NCBI GenBank assembly: GCA_000965745.1
Contig: CP009479.1
Location: forward strand, 1,888,001 to 1,952,000
Length of the DNA stretch: 64,000 nucleotides
Direction: 5' to 3'
From: an uncultured archaeon
Lineage (GTDB): Archaea > Thermoplasmatota > Thermoplasmata > Thermoplasmatales > Thermoplasmataceae
A program made the position numbers and the translations under genes. Below, one piece after another: positions 40,051 through 50,057 of this stretch. The notes beneath the pieces are model-generated. The model searched no databases, was not told where the DNA came from, and saw only the letters and a program-made list of their open reading frames with translations. Positions within the stretch are counted from its first letter, which is position 1. Each line of letters opens with the position of its first letter.

Positions 40051-40512
40051 TCAGAGGATTAAAGCTTCATCTCCGTAGACGAACTCATGGATTTCATTCT
40101 TTTCAAAGAATATCGGGCACTCATGGTCGAAAGATTCCTGAGCATCTGATGCGTGTATTATGTTCTTTTCAATACCTGCTGAAAAATCGCCCCTTATAGT
40201 GCCTGGTTCAGCTTTGGAGCCATCTGTTGCGCCACATAACTTCCTGGAAACCGATATTGCGTCTTTGCCCTCGAAAACAAAGGCAAAAATCGGGCCCGAG
40301 CAAATGTATTCCACAAGTCCGGCGAAAAAAGGTTTGCCTTTGTGGACTGAATAGTGTTTCTCTGCCTGGTCCTTTGATAGTGTCAGCATCTTTGCTGCAA
40401 CTACCTTCATTCCCTTGTCCTCAAAGCGCTGCAAAATTCTGCCTGTTAACCTTCTTTTGACTCCGTCTGGTTTTATAAGTATTAATGTTTTCTCCGTAGT
40501 CATTGACAACAC
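40051..40512 (-). CDS. ndk: Nucleoside diphosphate kinase
   Basis: LIKPDGV, PGTIRGDF and NIIHASD motifs. Confidence 0.96.
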   Translation of the reverse strand: MLSMTTEKTLILIKPDGVKRRLTGRILQRFEDKGMKVVAAKMLTLSKDQAEKHYSVHKGKPFFAGLVEYICSGPIFAFVFEGKDAISVSRKLCGATDGSKAEPGTIRGDFSAGIEKNIIHASDAQESFDHECPIFFEKNEIHEFVYGDEALIL

Positions 40513-40522
40513 CCAAAAAAAA

Positions 40523-40741
40523 TTAGGATTTGGAAGACTGTTTCCTAGTCTCCTTTATGCTATGGTATTCGTTGGTCCACCTGGTCTTCCTCGAAACTCT
40601 CTTAAGTTTGAGCATGTTAACCCTGCATTTTCTGCTGCAGAAATGGAGAGGCATGCCGTCCTTCCTGACGTGGATCATTCCAGTCCCTGGTTCTATCTGT
40701 GTTCCACAGAATGTACAGACTCTTCCCACCACTTTTATCAC
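40523..40741 (-). CDS. rpl24e: 50S ribosomal protein L24e
   Basis: CTFCG..IEPGTG...FCSRKC. Confidence 0.95.
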   Translation of the reverse strand: MIKVVGRVCTFCGTQIEPGTGMIHVRKDGMPLHFCSRKCRVNMLKLKRVSRKTRWTNEYHSIKETRKQSSKS

Positions 40742-40947
40742 CTTATAGAGAGTTTCTTGGCTTCACGCGCTGTTTCTCTGAGCATCAGGATATCTCCGAC
40801 CTTTACGGGGCCGAGGACATTTCTCGCAATGATCCTACCCTGATCTCTGCCCGAAAGTACCCTTACCTTTACTGTCGTGGCTTCCCCGGTCATGCCGGTT
40901 TTTCCCATAAGCTCAAGTACTTCCGCAGGGGTAGCGTCTTCTGCCAT
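40738..40947 (-). CDS. rps28e: 30S ribosomal protein S28e
   Basis: GKTGMTGE...[20 protein letters not shown]. Confidence 0.95.
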   Translation of the reverse strand: MAEDATPAEVLELMGKTGMTGEATTVKVRVLSGRDQGRIIARNVLGPVKVGDILMLRETAREAKKLSIR

Positions 40948-40957
40948 TTCAGTTCAC

Positions 40958-41326
40958 CTACTTCCTTATCTCAGTAAGCTCAGCTACAATTGATTTGTAA
41001 GCCTCGTCGCTCTTTCCATAATCAACAACTGATATGGATGCGGCTGAAGCGATTCCAACCTTTGCGCCAAGATCTGCCTTGTTCTTCACATACCCGTAGG
41101 GTATCTTTCTCTCATCACAGAGCATGGGCAGGTAGTAGACAACCTCAGGCGGACTTACGTCCTCTGATATTATCACAAATTTACTTTCTCCTCGCTCTAC
41201 AGATTTTATAACCTCGTTGGTTCCTTTCTTAATCTTTCCACTCCTATATGAGTTCTCAGCGAGATCAAGTATTTTCTTCTCAAGAGACTCGGGAGTTTCG
41301 AATTTAACGAATGATCCTTTTTCCAT
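40958..41326 (-). CDS. rpl7ae: 50S ribosomal protein L7Ae
   Basis: GKIKKGTNEVIKSVERG and EDVSPPEVV motifs. Confidence 0.96.
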   Translation of the reverse strand: MEKGSFVKFETPESLEKKILDLAENSYRSGKIKKGTNEVIKSVERGESKFVIISEDVSPPEVVYYLPMLCDERKIPYGYVKNKADLGAKVGIASAASISVVDYGKSDEAYKSIVAELTEIRK

Positions 41327-41367
41327 TCTATTTCCTCCTTCACTAGGTGAGTGTAAAGCGCAAAAGC

Positions 41368-42261
41368 CTATTTATACCTTTGGAGCAGGCGCTCTGCCCT
41401 TTCCAGTTCACTATCAATCAGCTTCATCTCATGATCCGATGGGGGCACCATAGGCGACCGGTACCCCCCATCTATGCCGAATTTTTTGTAGAATGCATAA
41501 TAGTATCCCGTGGGGAACTGGGGAATGTTTATGGCCTTGATCAGCGGGTTTATAATTTTCATCTGTATCTCAAGCGCTGCATTCTTGTCCCCTGAAACAT
41601 AGTGGGACAGCAAGCCTGTAACCGAAGCCGAGAAGTTGGACAACCCGCATACGCCTCCACTGGCCCCAAGGCTCATGGAAGCAAGCAGCAGATCGTCCTG
41701 ACCCTGAAACACGTCAAAATTATTGTCCCTCATGTCCACAAGCCTTGAGAAATAGCGCATGTCCCCCGAACTTTCCTTAGCTCCAACTATGTTCGAGTAC
41801 CCATTCTTCAGTTCATTCATGGTCTCGTTTTCTATCCAGGCTCCTGCCAATTGGGGAATATTGTAAATAAAAAATGGCATATCGTTCGTTCCCAGAACAT
41901 CCCTGAATTGTTTAAGTATCCATTTCTGGGAAGGCATGATATAATATGTAGGCATCAGGACTGAAGCGTCCGCTCCTGAATCCTTTGCATGCTGGCTGAG
42001 TTCCACTGATTCGTTGACGTTTGAAGAGCCCACACCAGCTATTACCTTCATTTTTCCAGAGTGTTCAACTATGTGGGATATGAAATCCTTCTTTTCAGCT
42101 GTGCTAAGCCATGGGAATAGACCTGTTGACCCCAAAGGAAATGCACCAGATACCCCGGTAGCCTTCAAAAAGTCGAGCAACTCTGAAGTGGCATCATAAT
42201 CAATATTGCCATCTTTTTTGAATGGAGTCAAGATCGGTGTTATTATTCCATCGTAGCCCAT
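41368..42261 (-). CDS. Dihydrodipicolinate synthase family aldolase (KDG-aldolase-like)
   Basis: TPILTPF, GSTG, YNIPQ and GAKESSGD with the Schiff-base Lys. Confidence 0.88.
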   Translation of the reverse strand: MGYDGIITPILTPFKKDGNIDYDATSELLDFLKATGVSGAFPLGSTGLFPWLSTAEKKDFISHIVEHSGKMKVIAGVGSSNVNESVELSQHAKDSGADASVLMPTYYIMPSQKWILKQFRDVLGTNDMPFFIYNIPQLAGAWIENETMNELKNGYSNIVGAKESSGDMRYFSRLVDMRDNNFDVFQGQDDLLLASMSLGASGGVCGLSNFSASVTGLLSHYVSGDKNAALEIQMKIINPLIKAINIPQFPTGYYYAFYKKFGIDGGYRSPMVPPSDHEMKLIDSELERAERLLQRYK

Positions 42262-42315
42262 GGTCTTGATAAGAATTCAACTGTTAATTAAATTAGTGAA
42301 TGGGTGGGAGATTGA

Positions 42316-42921
42316 TCATCCCATTTTTGAGCCAAGGTTTGTAGCGCGTAACACGTTTACGAATTCCCTTGGTATCCCCTTTGCTACGAGGTATTCCCAA
42401 TCCGGTATGATCCCTTTTGAAATAGCTGTGTTTATGAGGTCTGTAAGTGGAACATAGACAGTTTCTGGTGCATAGACAGTTCCAAGCACCCATGGGGGGA
42501 CGTCGAAATAATTTCTGTATCTCCCTGGAACAATGTCAATCAGTACCTCATTGAGAGTAGAAGAAATGTCCTCGTTGTAATACCACCTCTTTACATTGAA
42601 GTTCTGGAAGTTTGCCTTTGGAGTGTATACCTTCCATTCCACCCCGTACATTTTTTCAGTTCCGACAAAATTTGCGTTATTGCCAAAGTTGTCTATTATT
42701 GTCTGTGGCGGAGCCTCTTCTTTTCCGGTTGAAGCATTTATCACTTTTATGTTGAAGCGCTTGTACACGCCCATGTATTTCTGGATCAGTCTCTCCAGTT
42801 CCTCTGCCTCCCCTTCTGTAATTGATAAGTCATTCTCTATCTGTTCCGAAACTGCAGAATATTCCTCCAGAGAGGAATTCAGAATGAGCTTCAGATAATA
42901 ATTAAACCTGTCACCTGACAT
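42316..42921 (-). CDS. Hypothetical protein
   Basis: 201-aa ORF with plausible composition and no recognised motif. Confidence 0.65.
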   Translation of the reverse strand: MSGDRFNYYLKLILNSSLEEYSAVSEQIENDLSITEGEAEELERLIQKYMGVYKRFNIKVINASTGKEEAPPQTIIDNFGNNANFVGTEKMYGVEWKVYTPKANFQNFNVKRWYYNEDISSTLNEVLIDIVPGRYRNYFDVPPWVLGTVYAPETVYVPLTDLINTAISKGIIPDWEYLVAKGIPREFVNVLRATNLGSKMG

Positions 42922-43107
42922 AAGCAGACTCTCACATGATATACCATCGTGGCTACGTATACCAATGAAAATTAATATTTAATGATAACGTAGGTTCGCA
43001 AACCAATGATAAATTTCGTTTCACGGGCATTGCTTTGAGAAAACTCTGTATTTTCCAGTGTTTGTAGTTATGTATGCAGCTACATTACTTTATTTATACT
43101 TGGACAT

Positions 43108-44100
43108 ATGAAGAAAAATATGGCTATCGCACAACTTGAGGACGATGTTTTGACATACCTCGAAAGAACGGCAGATATCAGGGAGCTTTACTATGAGCAA
43201 AAGCTCCTTTCTCACATTGAAGGGTATGATCTGGAAAATGATCTGTTTGCAGTAACACCATGGGATATAGAACAGGTAGCCCTGAACACAGGGGCTGGGG
43301 ATTCCACCGAAGTAGTAAACGTACTTGAAAAGTATCGAGACTTTTTTAAGGTGGAAGAAACCGGGGATGGCCTCACTGTAGTGAAACTTATTTCCGACGC
43401 ATTCCCTGAAAAGCTGAAGAGAGGAGTTCCTGAACGGAGCAAGTCCAAAAGCATCACTGTGGAGGATGCGTTCAAATGGTACCTTTACCATAAGATCAGG
43501 GAACAATCCGGGAACGGTACCATGCTGGTGAACATCAGGGACGGCATTTTTTCAATTAAGAATGAGCTCTTTCTACCCGACGATTTTGTGCCGCGTGTAA
43601 TGATGGAAATGGTTGAGGGCAGCAAGATGGTAGATGTTGTTCAGACATGGAGAAACCTTCAGCCATCAAATCAGGGCAATGCCATTTTCCTTTATGGAAA
43701 ACATGACAAGGGAAAATTTCTGGAGCCTGACTCCCTATTCTTCAATTCCAGCCCTGAAGGTGCTGTGCCTGATATGCTACCGGAACTCGGGGAGAAGATA
43801 AGTGCATCTTTCCTGAAATTTCAGGGTACCCGGGAATATGAGGATTTCATTTTCAGCAGGATAATGAGAAATGTGATTTTCAATGTAGAGACTAAGGATA
43901 AAAGGGAGCTCAAAAAACCTCTCTTTGACAGCGGAAAACTGAAAATTCTCGAGAAAAGGGGAATAGCCGTGATAAGGGATGGTTCTGGGATCGTGCCGGA
44001 TGGAGTCAGCATTGAAGAACTTAAGAGTGCCAGGGCAGAAGCAGAGAAAAGTGCTGGAAAAGTCTCAGATATCTGGATGGGAAGCCATATCGGCCTCTGA
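43108..44100 (+). CDS. Hypothetical protein
   Basis: 330-aa ORF with a TATA-like element upstream; no recognised motif. Confidence 0.7.
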   Translation: MKKNMAIAQLEDDVLTYLERTADIRELYYEQKLLSHIEGYDLENDLFAVTPWDIEQVALNTGAGDSTEVVNVLEKYRDFFKVEETGDGLTVVKLISDAFPEKLKRGVPERSKSKSITVEDAFKWYLYHKIREQSGNGTMLVNIRDGIFSIKNELFLPDDFVPRVMMEMVEGSKMVDVVQTWRNLQPSNQGNAIFLYGKHDKGKFLEPDSLFFNSSPEGAVPDMLPELGEKISASFLKFQGTREYEDFIFSRIMRNVIFNVETKDKRELKKPLFDSGKLKILEKRGIAVIRDGSGIVPDGVSIEELKSARAEAEKSAGKVSDIWMGSHIGL

Positions 44101-44418
44101 AACTTTCTACCACAGCCTGGGAAAGTTACAGCATTCCCAATGAAGGTCAAAAAGATAGCATGCCTTTCTCAACATATTTTCAGGCAGCTCATACGAAGGT
44201 ATTTCCCTTTGAATTAGAGCCAGCATAAAAACAGATCCTCAATGGAGTTTTCAACTGTTGTCTTCAGGGAAACAGTGCAAGGTGCCTATAGAATTCGAGT
44301 GCAGTCATTGATAGACATGAGGTGCAGGCCCCCTGCATTAGCGTTCAGGCATCCCGTGGATTATCAGACCTTGGAATCATAAATAGAGCCAAATAGTACA
44401 AAAAAATCATGTAGCATA

Positions 44419-44541
44419 ATGCCTGCCGGAAAAGAAGTCGACAAAGATGATGAGTTTCCTGTAAAACATTTCATATATCTGATAATAGGCACAATTGCCA
44501 TAGCCATAGTGGTAGTGCTTGCAATTCCCCTGCTGAGCTGA
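44419..44541 (+). CDS. 40-aa single-pass membrane microprotein
   Basis: Manual translation MPAGKEVDKDDEFPVKHFIYLIIGTIAIAIVVVLAIPLLS*; below the ORF-track cutoff. Confidence 0.55.
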   Translation: MPAGKEVDKDDEFPVKHFIYLIIGTIAIAIVVVLAIPLLS

Positions 44542-44583
44542 ATATTTTCATGTCTATGCATCAAGGCTGCACTACAGGCATTT

Positions 44584-45150
44584 TTACCGCATCGGAGCAG
44601 GTATCCTCTCGATTCGTGAAAAAAGAATAAATGAGGTGTATTTGTCATTGCTGAAGAAGGCGTCCTGCTCTATTCCTTCAACTTCAAACCCATTGTTGAT
44701 TAGGACCCTCATGGATGCAAGATTTCCTTCAAGAACCTTTGTCTGAAGCCTTCTCAGTTTGAGCTCCCCGAAGGCATAGTTGCATGCAAGGCCGACAGCC
44801 TCCGTAGCTATCCCTTTGCCTCTGAACTGGCGTCCCACCCAGTAGCCGATATGCGCCTTTCTGTCAAGAAAATTTATGTCACTAAGCCCGACAATACCAG
44901 CTGCCCTGTTCTTGTAAAGAATGAGGAAGTCCACGGCAAAGGGAACTGATCCCGTATCCCTGTTCCTCTCTATGAATTCCACTGCATTCTCGACACCATA
45001 AGGGTGAGGGAAGCTATGGGCACCAATTTTATCCCTTATTTCTATATCGTTTGCCAGAGATGCTATTTCTTCCGCATACCTGATATCGATAGGCGAATCC
45101 AGGGTGATATTCACCCCCGTTAGCTTAGTAAGTCTAGATACACTGGACAC
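44584..45150 (-). CDS. RimJ/RimL-type GNAT acetyltransferase
   Basis: AHIGYWVGRQFRGKGIATEA and NLASMRVLINNGF..EG motifs. Confidence 0.88.
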   Translation of the reverse strand: MSSVSRLTKLTGVNITLDSPIDIRYAEEIASLANDIEIRDKIGAHSFPHPYGVENAVEFIERNRDTGSVPFAVDFLILYKNRAAGIVGLSDINFLDRKAHIGYWVGRQFRGKGIATEAVGLACNYAFGELKLRRLQTKVLEGNLASMRVLINNGFEVEGIEQDAFFSNDKYTSFILFSRIERIPAPMR

Positions 45151-45246
45151 AATTATTCACCAAACGGCTTTGTAGTACATATTGTAGGTATTGAAAAAAT
45201 TGTCGCAATGGGTTATAGTATGTGAACCGCAATAGATTTATTCAGG

Positions 45247-45906
45247 TTGAACCGTATAGTTTCTGGATCTGTATTGAAATTTAGCAAGGCGTTCTTTGTA
45301 GCCGGAATAATTGGCCCATTGGTTACGATTATACTAACTGTGACAGACACATTCATTTCCCCATGGTTCAGCTGGACCCAGAATGCTCTGAGTGATCTTG
45401 GAGTGAACCGGTACTCCTATCTGTTTAATTACTCGCTCATTTTCGAAGGTGTAATGAATTTCTTATTCGCACTGGGACTGATGAACTTCTATGGTTTGAA
45501 GAAGTTGACTGTTGTTTCCCTCATCATAAGTGGGTTGAGCCTTTCCATGGTTGGAATTTTTGTGGAGACCTATCACCCATTCCATCTCGTATTTGCCCTC
45601 GTATATTTCATCCTCTTCCCGCTCGCGATAATAATGTTCAGCAGGGAAATCGGGAGAGAGCATCCTATCCAGTCTAGAACCGGTTATGCATTGTCAGCAG
45701 CTTCCCTGGTTACCATAATAATCGGTGTCGCGGTTGCTTTCGGGTTTATCGGCAATGCAAGCATAGGACTGGCCATTCCGGAGATGGTTGAAGCCGTTCT
45801 TCTTGGAGGCTGGAGCGTGTATATCGGAAGCTGGTCGCTTACCATGGGCAGCCAGTCGGGAGCCTCAAATCCATTGCAGGAAACGGAGGCCAGGGCTCAC
45901 CAGTAA
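45247..45906 (+). CDS. DUF998-like membrane protein
   Basis: SPWFSWTQNALSDLG...LFNYSLI and GLAIPE motifs; multiple TM segments. Confidence 0.75.
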   Translation: MNRIVSGSVLKFSKAFFVAGIIGPLVTIILTVTDTFISPWFSWTQNALSDLGVNRYSYLFNYSLIFEGVMNFLFALGLMNFYGLKKLTVVSLIISGLSLSMVGIFVETYHPFHLVFALVYFILFPLAIIMFSREIGREHPIQSRTGYALSAASLVTIIIGVAVAFGFIGNASIGLAIPEMVEAVLLGGWSVYIGSWSLTMGSQSGASNPLQETEARAHQ

Positions 45907-45919
45907 CTTTTTCCGGAGA

Positions 45920-46600
45920 TCAGGATCCTGCCTTCAGCAGATTTATCCTTGCTGAACCCGGATTAAAGAAGCCCGCCCACAGAAGGAGTATTCCTACAAA
46001 CTCTGCATAGTAGAGAAATGCAGGAAATTTGGCGATATAGAGCGTCCCTGCTACACTAACGATTATGACTCCGGCGATTATGCTCAGCATTTTTCTGTTG
46101 TGAGTTCTCCTGTAACTTACGATTGCAACATACAGGATTATCACGGCTGCTGGGAAGGTGATCAGAGATGATGATAATATCACAAGCAGAGGTAGGGCTC
46201 CAAACACTACGTAGTTAGATATGATGTTTCCAACATCTGACACTGCCAGTGTTGCAAGAAGGAGGATTGTTGCCGCTATAGAATATGCATAATAGGCTTT
46301 CAGTGGCTTCTGAGATCCAGATAGCTGAAGTGAGCCAATCGCAAGGAACTGCACAAGCAGGGCCACAATCGCAAGGTAGGATTTTATGAGTATCTGTGAA
46401 TAGATGCCTACTGAGAAAATGAACTCTTCAAGGACGCCAAAAGTGAACAGCCAGAGACCTATACTCCATGAAGCATAATTGGCACTTCTCCTGGACAGGT
46501 AACTGCTCGTCAGAAAAACGCTCAAAACGATGCTCAGTATCATTATCAAAGCTGTAGAAAACTGAGTTATGGCCTGTGCATCCAGATTTATAGCCGTCAT
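45920..46600 (-). CDS. About 7-TM membrane protein
   Basis: Hydrophobic helices throughout. Confidence 0.75.
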   Translation of the reverse strand: MTAINLDAQAITQFSTALIMILSIVLSVFLTSSYLSRRSANYASWSIGLWLFTFGVLEEFIFSVGIYSQILIKSYLAIVALLVQFLAIGSLQLSGSQKPLKAYYAYSIAATILLLATLAVSDVGNIISNYVVFGALPLLVILSSSLITFPAAVIILYVAIVSYRRTHNRKMLSIIAGVIIVSVAGTLYIAKFPAFLYYAEFVGILLLWAGFFNPGSARINLLKAGS

Positions 46601-46712
46601 GTTTATCCATCACACTTCCTTGTATTGAGCCATCCTTGAACGCATGGAAATACCAGGAGGTGATTCCCGAATCGGATATAAAAGAGAACGCTTAATGCTG
46701 AATGGTTTCATT

Positions 46713-47330
46713 TCAGCTCTGGCTCTGAAAAGTGGTATCCACGAGCGAAGGGTCGCTCAACCTCTCCATGTGCTTATCAATCTTCCTGGATTCGTGGAAT
46801 ATGTATATTGCCATAGTTGCCAGTGCCACTGCAAATATGAGAGTTCCACCAAACACTATTCCGTTCATGAATGTGACTGTATAGTCGTCCTTGATGTACA
46901 GGAAGAATAGCTCCACGAGCTCAGAAACAGAAACCGCTACCCCATAGAACAGGATGTTCAATCTCAACAGGAAGGATACAGATCTTGCCTTGTAGATGAA
47001 CGCAGATGGTGAATATGCCCTCTTCAGAGAACTGTACAGTTTCTCGATTTCCGGTCCAGCTGACTGAACTGACTCCAGGAGTTTGTCCTCGATATCTTCC
47101 CTGCCTTTCTGCCCCTCGTCAAAGAGTATGTCTACAATTCTGTTTGCCTCAGGGCTGGCAAAAAAGGAAACGATATCCTTGGTCATTACAAGGTACAGGA
47201 CCCTCTGAAGCAGGCTCGTCCTGTCTTCAAGTTTCGCGAAATATCCATCAAATGTTCTTCTTAAGGCAATGAAGGCCACGATGCATAGAACCAGGATAGA
47301 AATCGGGATTATGACAGGTATAACTGACAC
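46713..47330 (-). CDS. Hypothetical membrane protein
   Basis: About three TM segments. Confidence 0.65.
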   Translation of the reverse strand: MSVIPVIIPISILVLCIVAFIALRRTFDGYFAKLEDRTSLLQRVLYLVMTKDIVSFFASPEANRIVDILFDEGQKGREDIEDKLLESVQSAGPEIEKLYSSLKRAYSPSAFIYKARSVSFLLRLNILFYGVAVSVSELVELFFLYIKDDYTVTFMNGIVFGGTLIFAVALATMAIYIFHESRKIDKHMERLSDPSLVDTTFQSQS

Positions 47331-47575
47331 GTGCAGTCTAGAAGAAATAGTATAAATAATTCTTTGCCCGTAATAGTTACATAAGAAATTTCGGCATTCT
47401 TCCCTGTTTCAGTTATAATGCTGTGTTAGGAATGCTGATCGTCAATAGAGGCCGGTCTATCCTCCCATAGAAGCCTATGAGAGACCTTTTGGGTGGGACG
47501 TAAATGGCCCTGCAACTCCGAAAGGTTAAGCGTAACTGTTTTTGAATGTCTATCGATTGAAATCGTATAGGGTAG

Positions 47576-47830
47576 ATGAATATGGATGAGTATTATGAAA
47601 AATTGCTTTCGATGGTTGAAAGGATTGCATTTTCAGTGATCGGCCTGGTCCTGGCAATATATCTGTTGAACTTCGTTGCGTCCCTGGGACCGGGAACTTA
47701 TGGATCAACACTCCTTGACGGAATTTCTGTTTACCTTGTTCTTGGATCGGTCATTCTTATACTGTGGGTAGCATACAATGTGTTCAACCTCGGAAGAGGC
47801 TATACGGAGTCCAGGAGCCGCAAAAGATAA
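47576..47830 (+). CDS. Small two-TM membrane protein
   Basis: Two hydrophobic helices and a basic tail. Confidence 0.6.
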   Translation: MNMDEYYEKLLSMVERIAFSVIGLVLAIYLLNFVASLGPGTYGSTLLDGISVYLVLGSVILILWVAYNVFNLGRGYTESRSRKR

Positions 47831-47899
47831 TCCATGCCATCAAATAACCATCCGGAAACCAAGTCTTCTTTTGGCATTGGGCGTGCTTGACAGAAGCCA

Positions 47900-48310
47900 G
47901 TATCCGTTCTCAAAACCTTATGCAGTCTTATGCATGGATTTTCGGAACGTGTGCCGCCCCAATCGAACCCGCCCCAGAAGCATTAGGCATGCTTCTGATG
48001 TACAGGTATTCACCCATCATTGGCAGCACAGAGGCTTCCTCACTCACGACGAACGGGTCTCCGCAAAGGCCAGGGCCACTGAGGTAGATCGCCAGTGAGG
48101 CGGGCCTGTCCCTGTCGTAGTCCTGGCCATATGTTTCATATCTCGATATCTTCCAGACCTGTTGAGGTACGTTCTCATCTTTTTGCTATCGGGCATCATT
48201 CCCTCTCTGTCCCATTTCCTAATGGTAGTGGGGTTGATCTGCAATATATCAAAGGCATCTATGAGGGTGTAGAGTTTCTCCCTTTTCCAGCTGTTAAAAC
48301 CCATTCAAAG
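47900..48310 (-). mobile_element. Internally deleted IS607-like relic: TnpA N-terminal HTH fragment joined to a decayed TnpB C-terminus
   Basis: 48304-48196 encodes KLYTLIDAFDILQINPTTIRKWDREG, an IS607 TnpA-type HTH. 48195-47928 encodes CPI../VWKISRYETYGQDYDRDRPASLAI...LCGDPF, resembling the TnpB zinc finger and RuvC-III DRD. Stem-loops at 47904-47949 and 47975-47997. Exact ends not determined. Confidence 0.65.
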
Positions 48311-48602
48311 GCTCTTGCATTTAGATACGTTGAGGTTCAGGAAAGTTGGCCCCATTACAGGAGAAGTGAGCAGTAAGTAGATGCGAGACCTTCAGGACGG
48401 TCTTGAAGGTCAGCTGTTGCTCCCCGGATCAAGAAAATATAACGAGCCCGGGCTGCCATGAAACGGCATTTTTCAGAGAAGGCGCTCTGCAACCGGACAT
48501 GGTGTTTCCATGGGGATGTTACAAGGTTTGTAAATTATTCAACGGAAATAATGGCCGATGGTTCGAACGGCATCACAACCAGCCCGGGCCATTCAGGTCA
48601 CC

Positions 48603-50057
48603 TTATTCAACAGATGATGAGAAGTCGCTGTTCACCATTTCAAGAAATGCTTTTTCGACGATTTCTGACGGGAGATACCTTATGAGCTCGTAAAGGAGGT
48701 TCTTATTCTTATTCAATGGGCTGTCCTCCGAAGTCAGAACCTCGATCAGTTTTGGTCCGTCTATCTTGCCATTTCCTGCGCCAACCTCCTTCATTATCTG
48801 ATCCAGTGTTCTTGGATGCCTGCTTTTCAGGGATTCAGTGATTTCGCTTAGATCCTCGATAAAGTCAGGTGCAACCTTGTCATGAACCGGAGACGAGTTG
48901 AGATGGAGGCTTGGGGGCATTCCCATTTCGGATGAGCCCGGCTGCACCTGGAGGAACCATCCTTTTTCCTTGAGTTTGGCGCCTACCTCAAATATGTCAA
49001 TAGAATCGCTGGTGAATGCGAATATTGTTGTTTCAGCCTCTCCCACGATCCTGTATCCCAGGGACGTTATGCCCTTCACTATCTGTTCCTTTGCGCTTAC
49101 TGTCCTTCTTGCCAGATTAAGATAACCCTCTTCGCCAAGATAGTTCAGCACTGCCCATGACGCCGCAAGTGGGGCTGATGACTTAGTTGACTGAACCCCT
49201 ATATTTGACATCGGGTATCCGGGCCAGTCTGCGTTAACATAAAGCTGGTATTTCCTCAGATCCTTGTTTCTGTAGAGAATCACTGAAGATCCCTTAGGGG
49301 TGTACCCGTACTTATGGAGGTCAACTGAAATGCTGGATACGCCTGGGACTGAAAAATCCCACTTCTTGACAGGAACGCCTATCTTATCGAGGAAAGGCAG
49401 GATAAGGCCCCCTACACATGCGTCAACGTGCAGCCATACCTTGTTCTCTGAAGCGATTTCAGCAATCTTTTCGATCGGGTCGATTCCACCGTACGGGAAA
49501 TTAGGGGCGGATGAGATCACAATCGCAGTCTTATCGCTGATTGCGTTCCTGATTGTTTCAGGCTCTACGAGGTAACTCTGGCTGCTAACCGGTATAAGAA
49601 CAGGCTTCATTCTCAGATATTCAGCAGCTTTTCTGAAGGCAGGATGGGCAGTTACAGGTATGACAATTTCAGGGGTCGGTGCACCGCTTCCCCTTTTTTC
49701 AAGGAACTGGTCGCGTGCAGCTTTGACGGCTATCAATATGCTTTCTGTCCCACCAGTGGTAAAGTTGCCTGTGACCTTCTCGTCGCCGTTGAGGAGCGAG
49801 CCAATCATAGCAACTACTTCGTTCTCAAGCCTTAATGTGCTTGGGAAAGCGTGATAATCCATAGCGTTTCTGTTAAGAAACTTCACATAGATATCATTGA
49901 TTCTCGCCAGTTCTTCCAGCCCTGAATCGTAAAGGTATGTGAACAGTCTTCCACCCTTCACCTTTATGTCATCTTTAGTGTATTCTTCAAGCCTGGCAAA
50001 CACATTCTCCATGGGCTCCGATTTTGCCGGGAGTCTTCTCAACATAACATTCCTCAC
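48603..50057 (-). CDS. PLP-dependent group II decarboxylase / sphingosine-1-phosphate-lyase-like enzyme
   Basis: TTGGTESI, AHPAF.KAA, HVDACVGG and SISVDLHKYGY with the PLP Lys. Confidence 0.85.
   Translation of the reverse strand: MRNVMLRRLPAKSEPMENVFARLEEYTKDDIKVKGGRLFTYLYDSGLEELARINDIYVKFLNRNAMDYHAFPSTLRLENEVVAMIGSLLNGDEKVTGNFTTGGTESILIAVKAARDQFLEKRGSGAPTPEIVIPVTAHPAFRKAAEYLRMKPVLIPVSSQSYLVEPETIRNAISDKTAIVISSAPNFPYGGIDPIEKIAEIASENKVWLHVDACVGGLILPFLDKIGVPVKKWDFSVPGVSSISVDLHKYGYTPKGSSVILYRNKDLRKYQLYVNADWPGYPMSNIGVQSTKSSAPLAASWAVLNYLGEEGYLNLARRTVSAKEQIVKGITSLGYRIVGEAETTIFAFTSDSIDIFEVGAKLKEKGWFLQVQPGSSEMGMPPSLHLNSSPVHDKVAPDFIEDLSEITESLKSRHPRTLDQIMKEVGAGNGKIDGPKLIEVLTSEDSPLNKNKNLLYELIRYLPSEIVEKAFLEMVNSDFSSSVE

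Noticed and set aside
48603-50057. PLP enzyme as the missing EgtE lyase
   Set aside because: It is a group II decarboxylase type, not a class V C-S lyase, and lies more than 40 kb from egtB-egtD.
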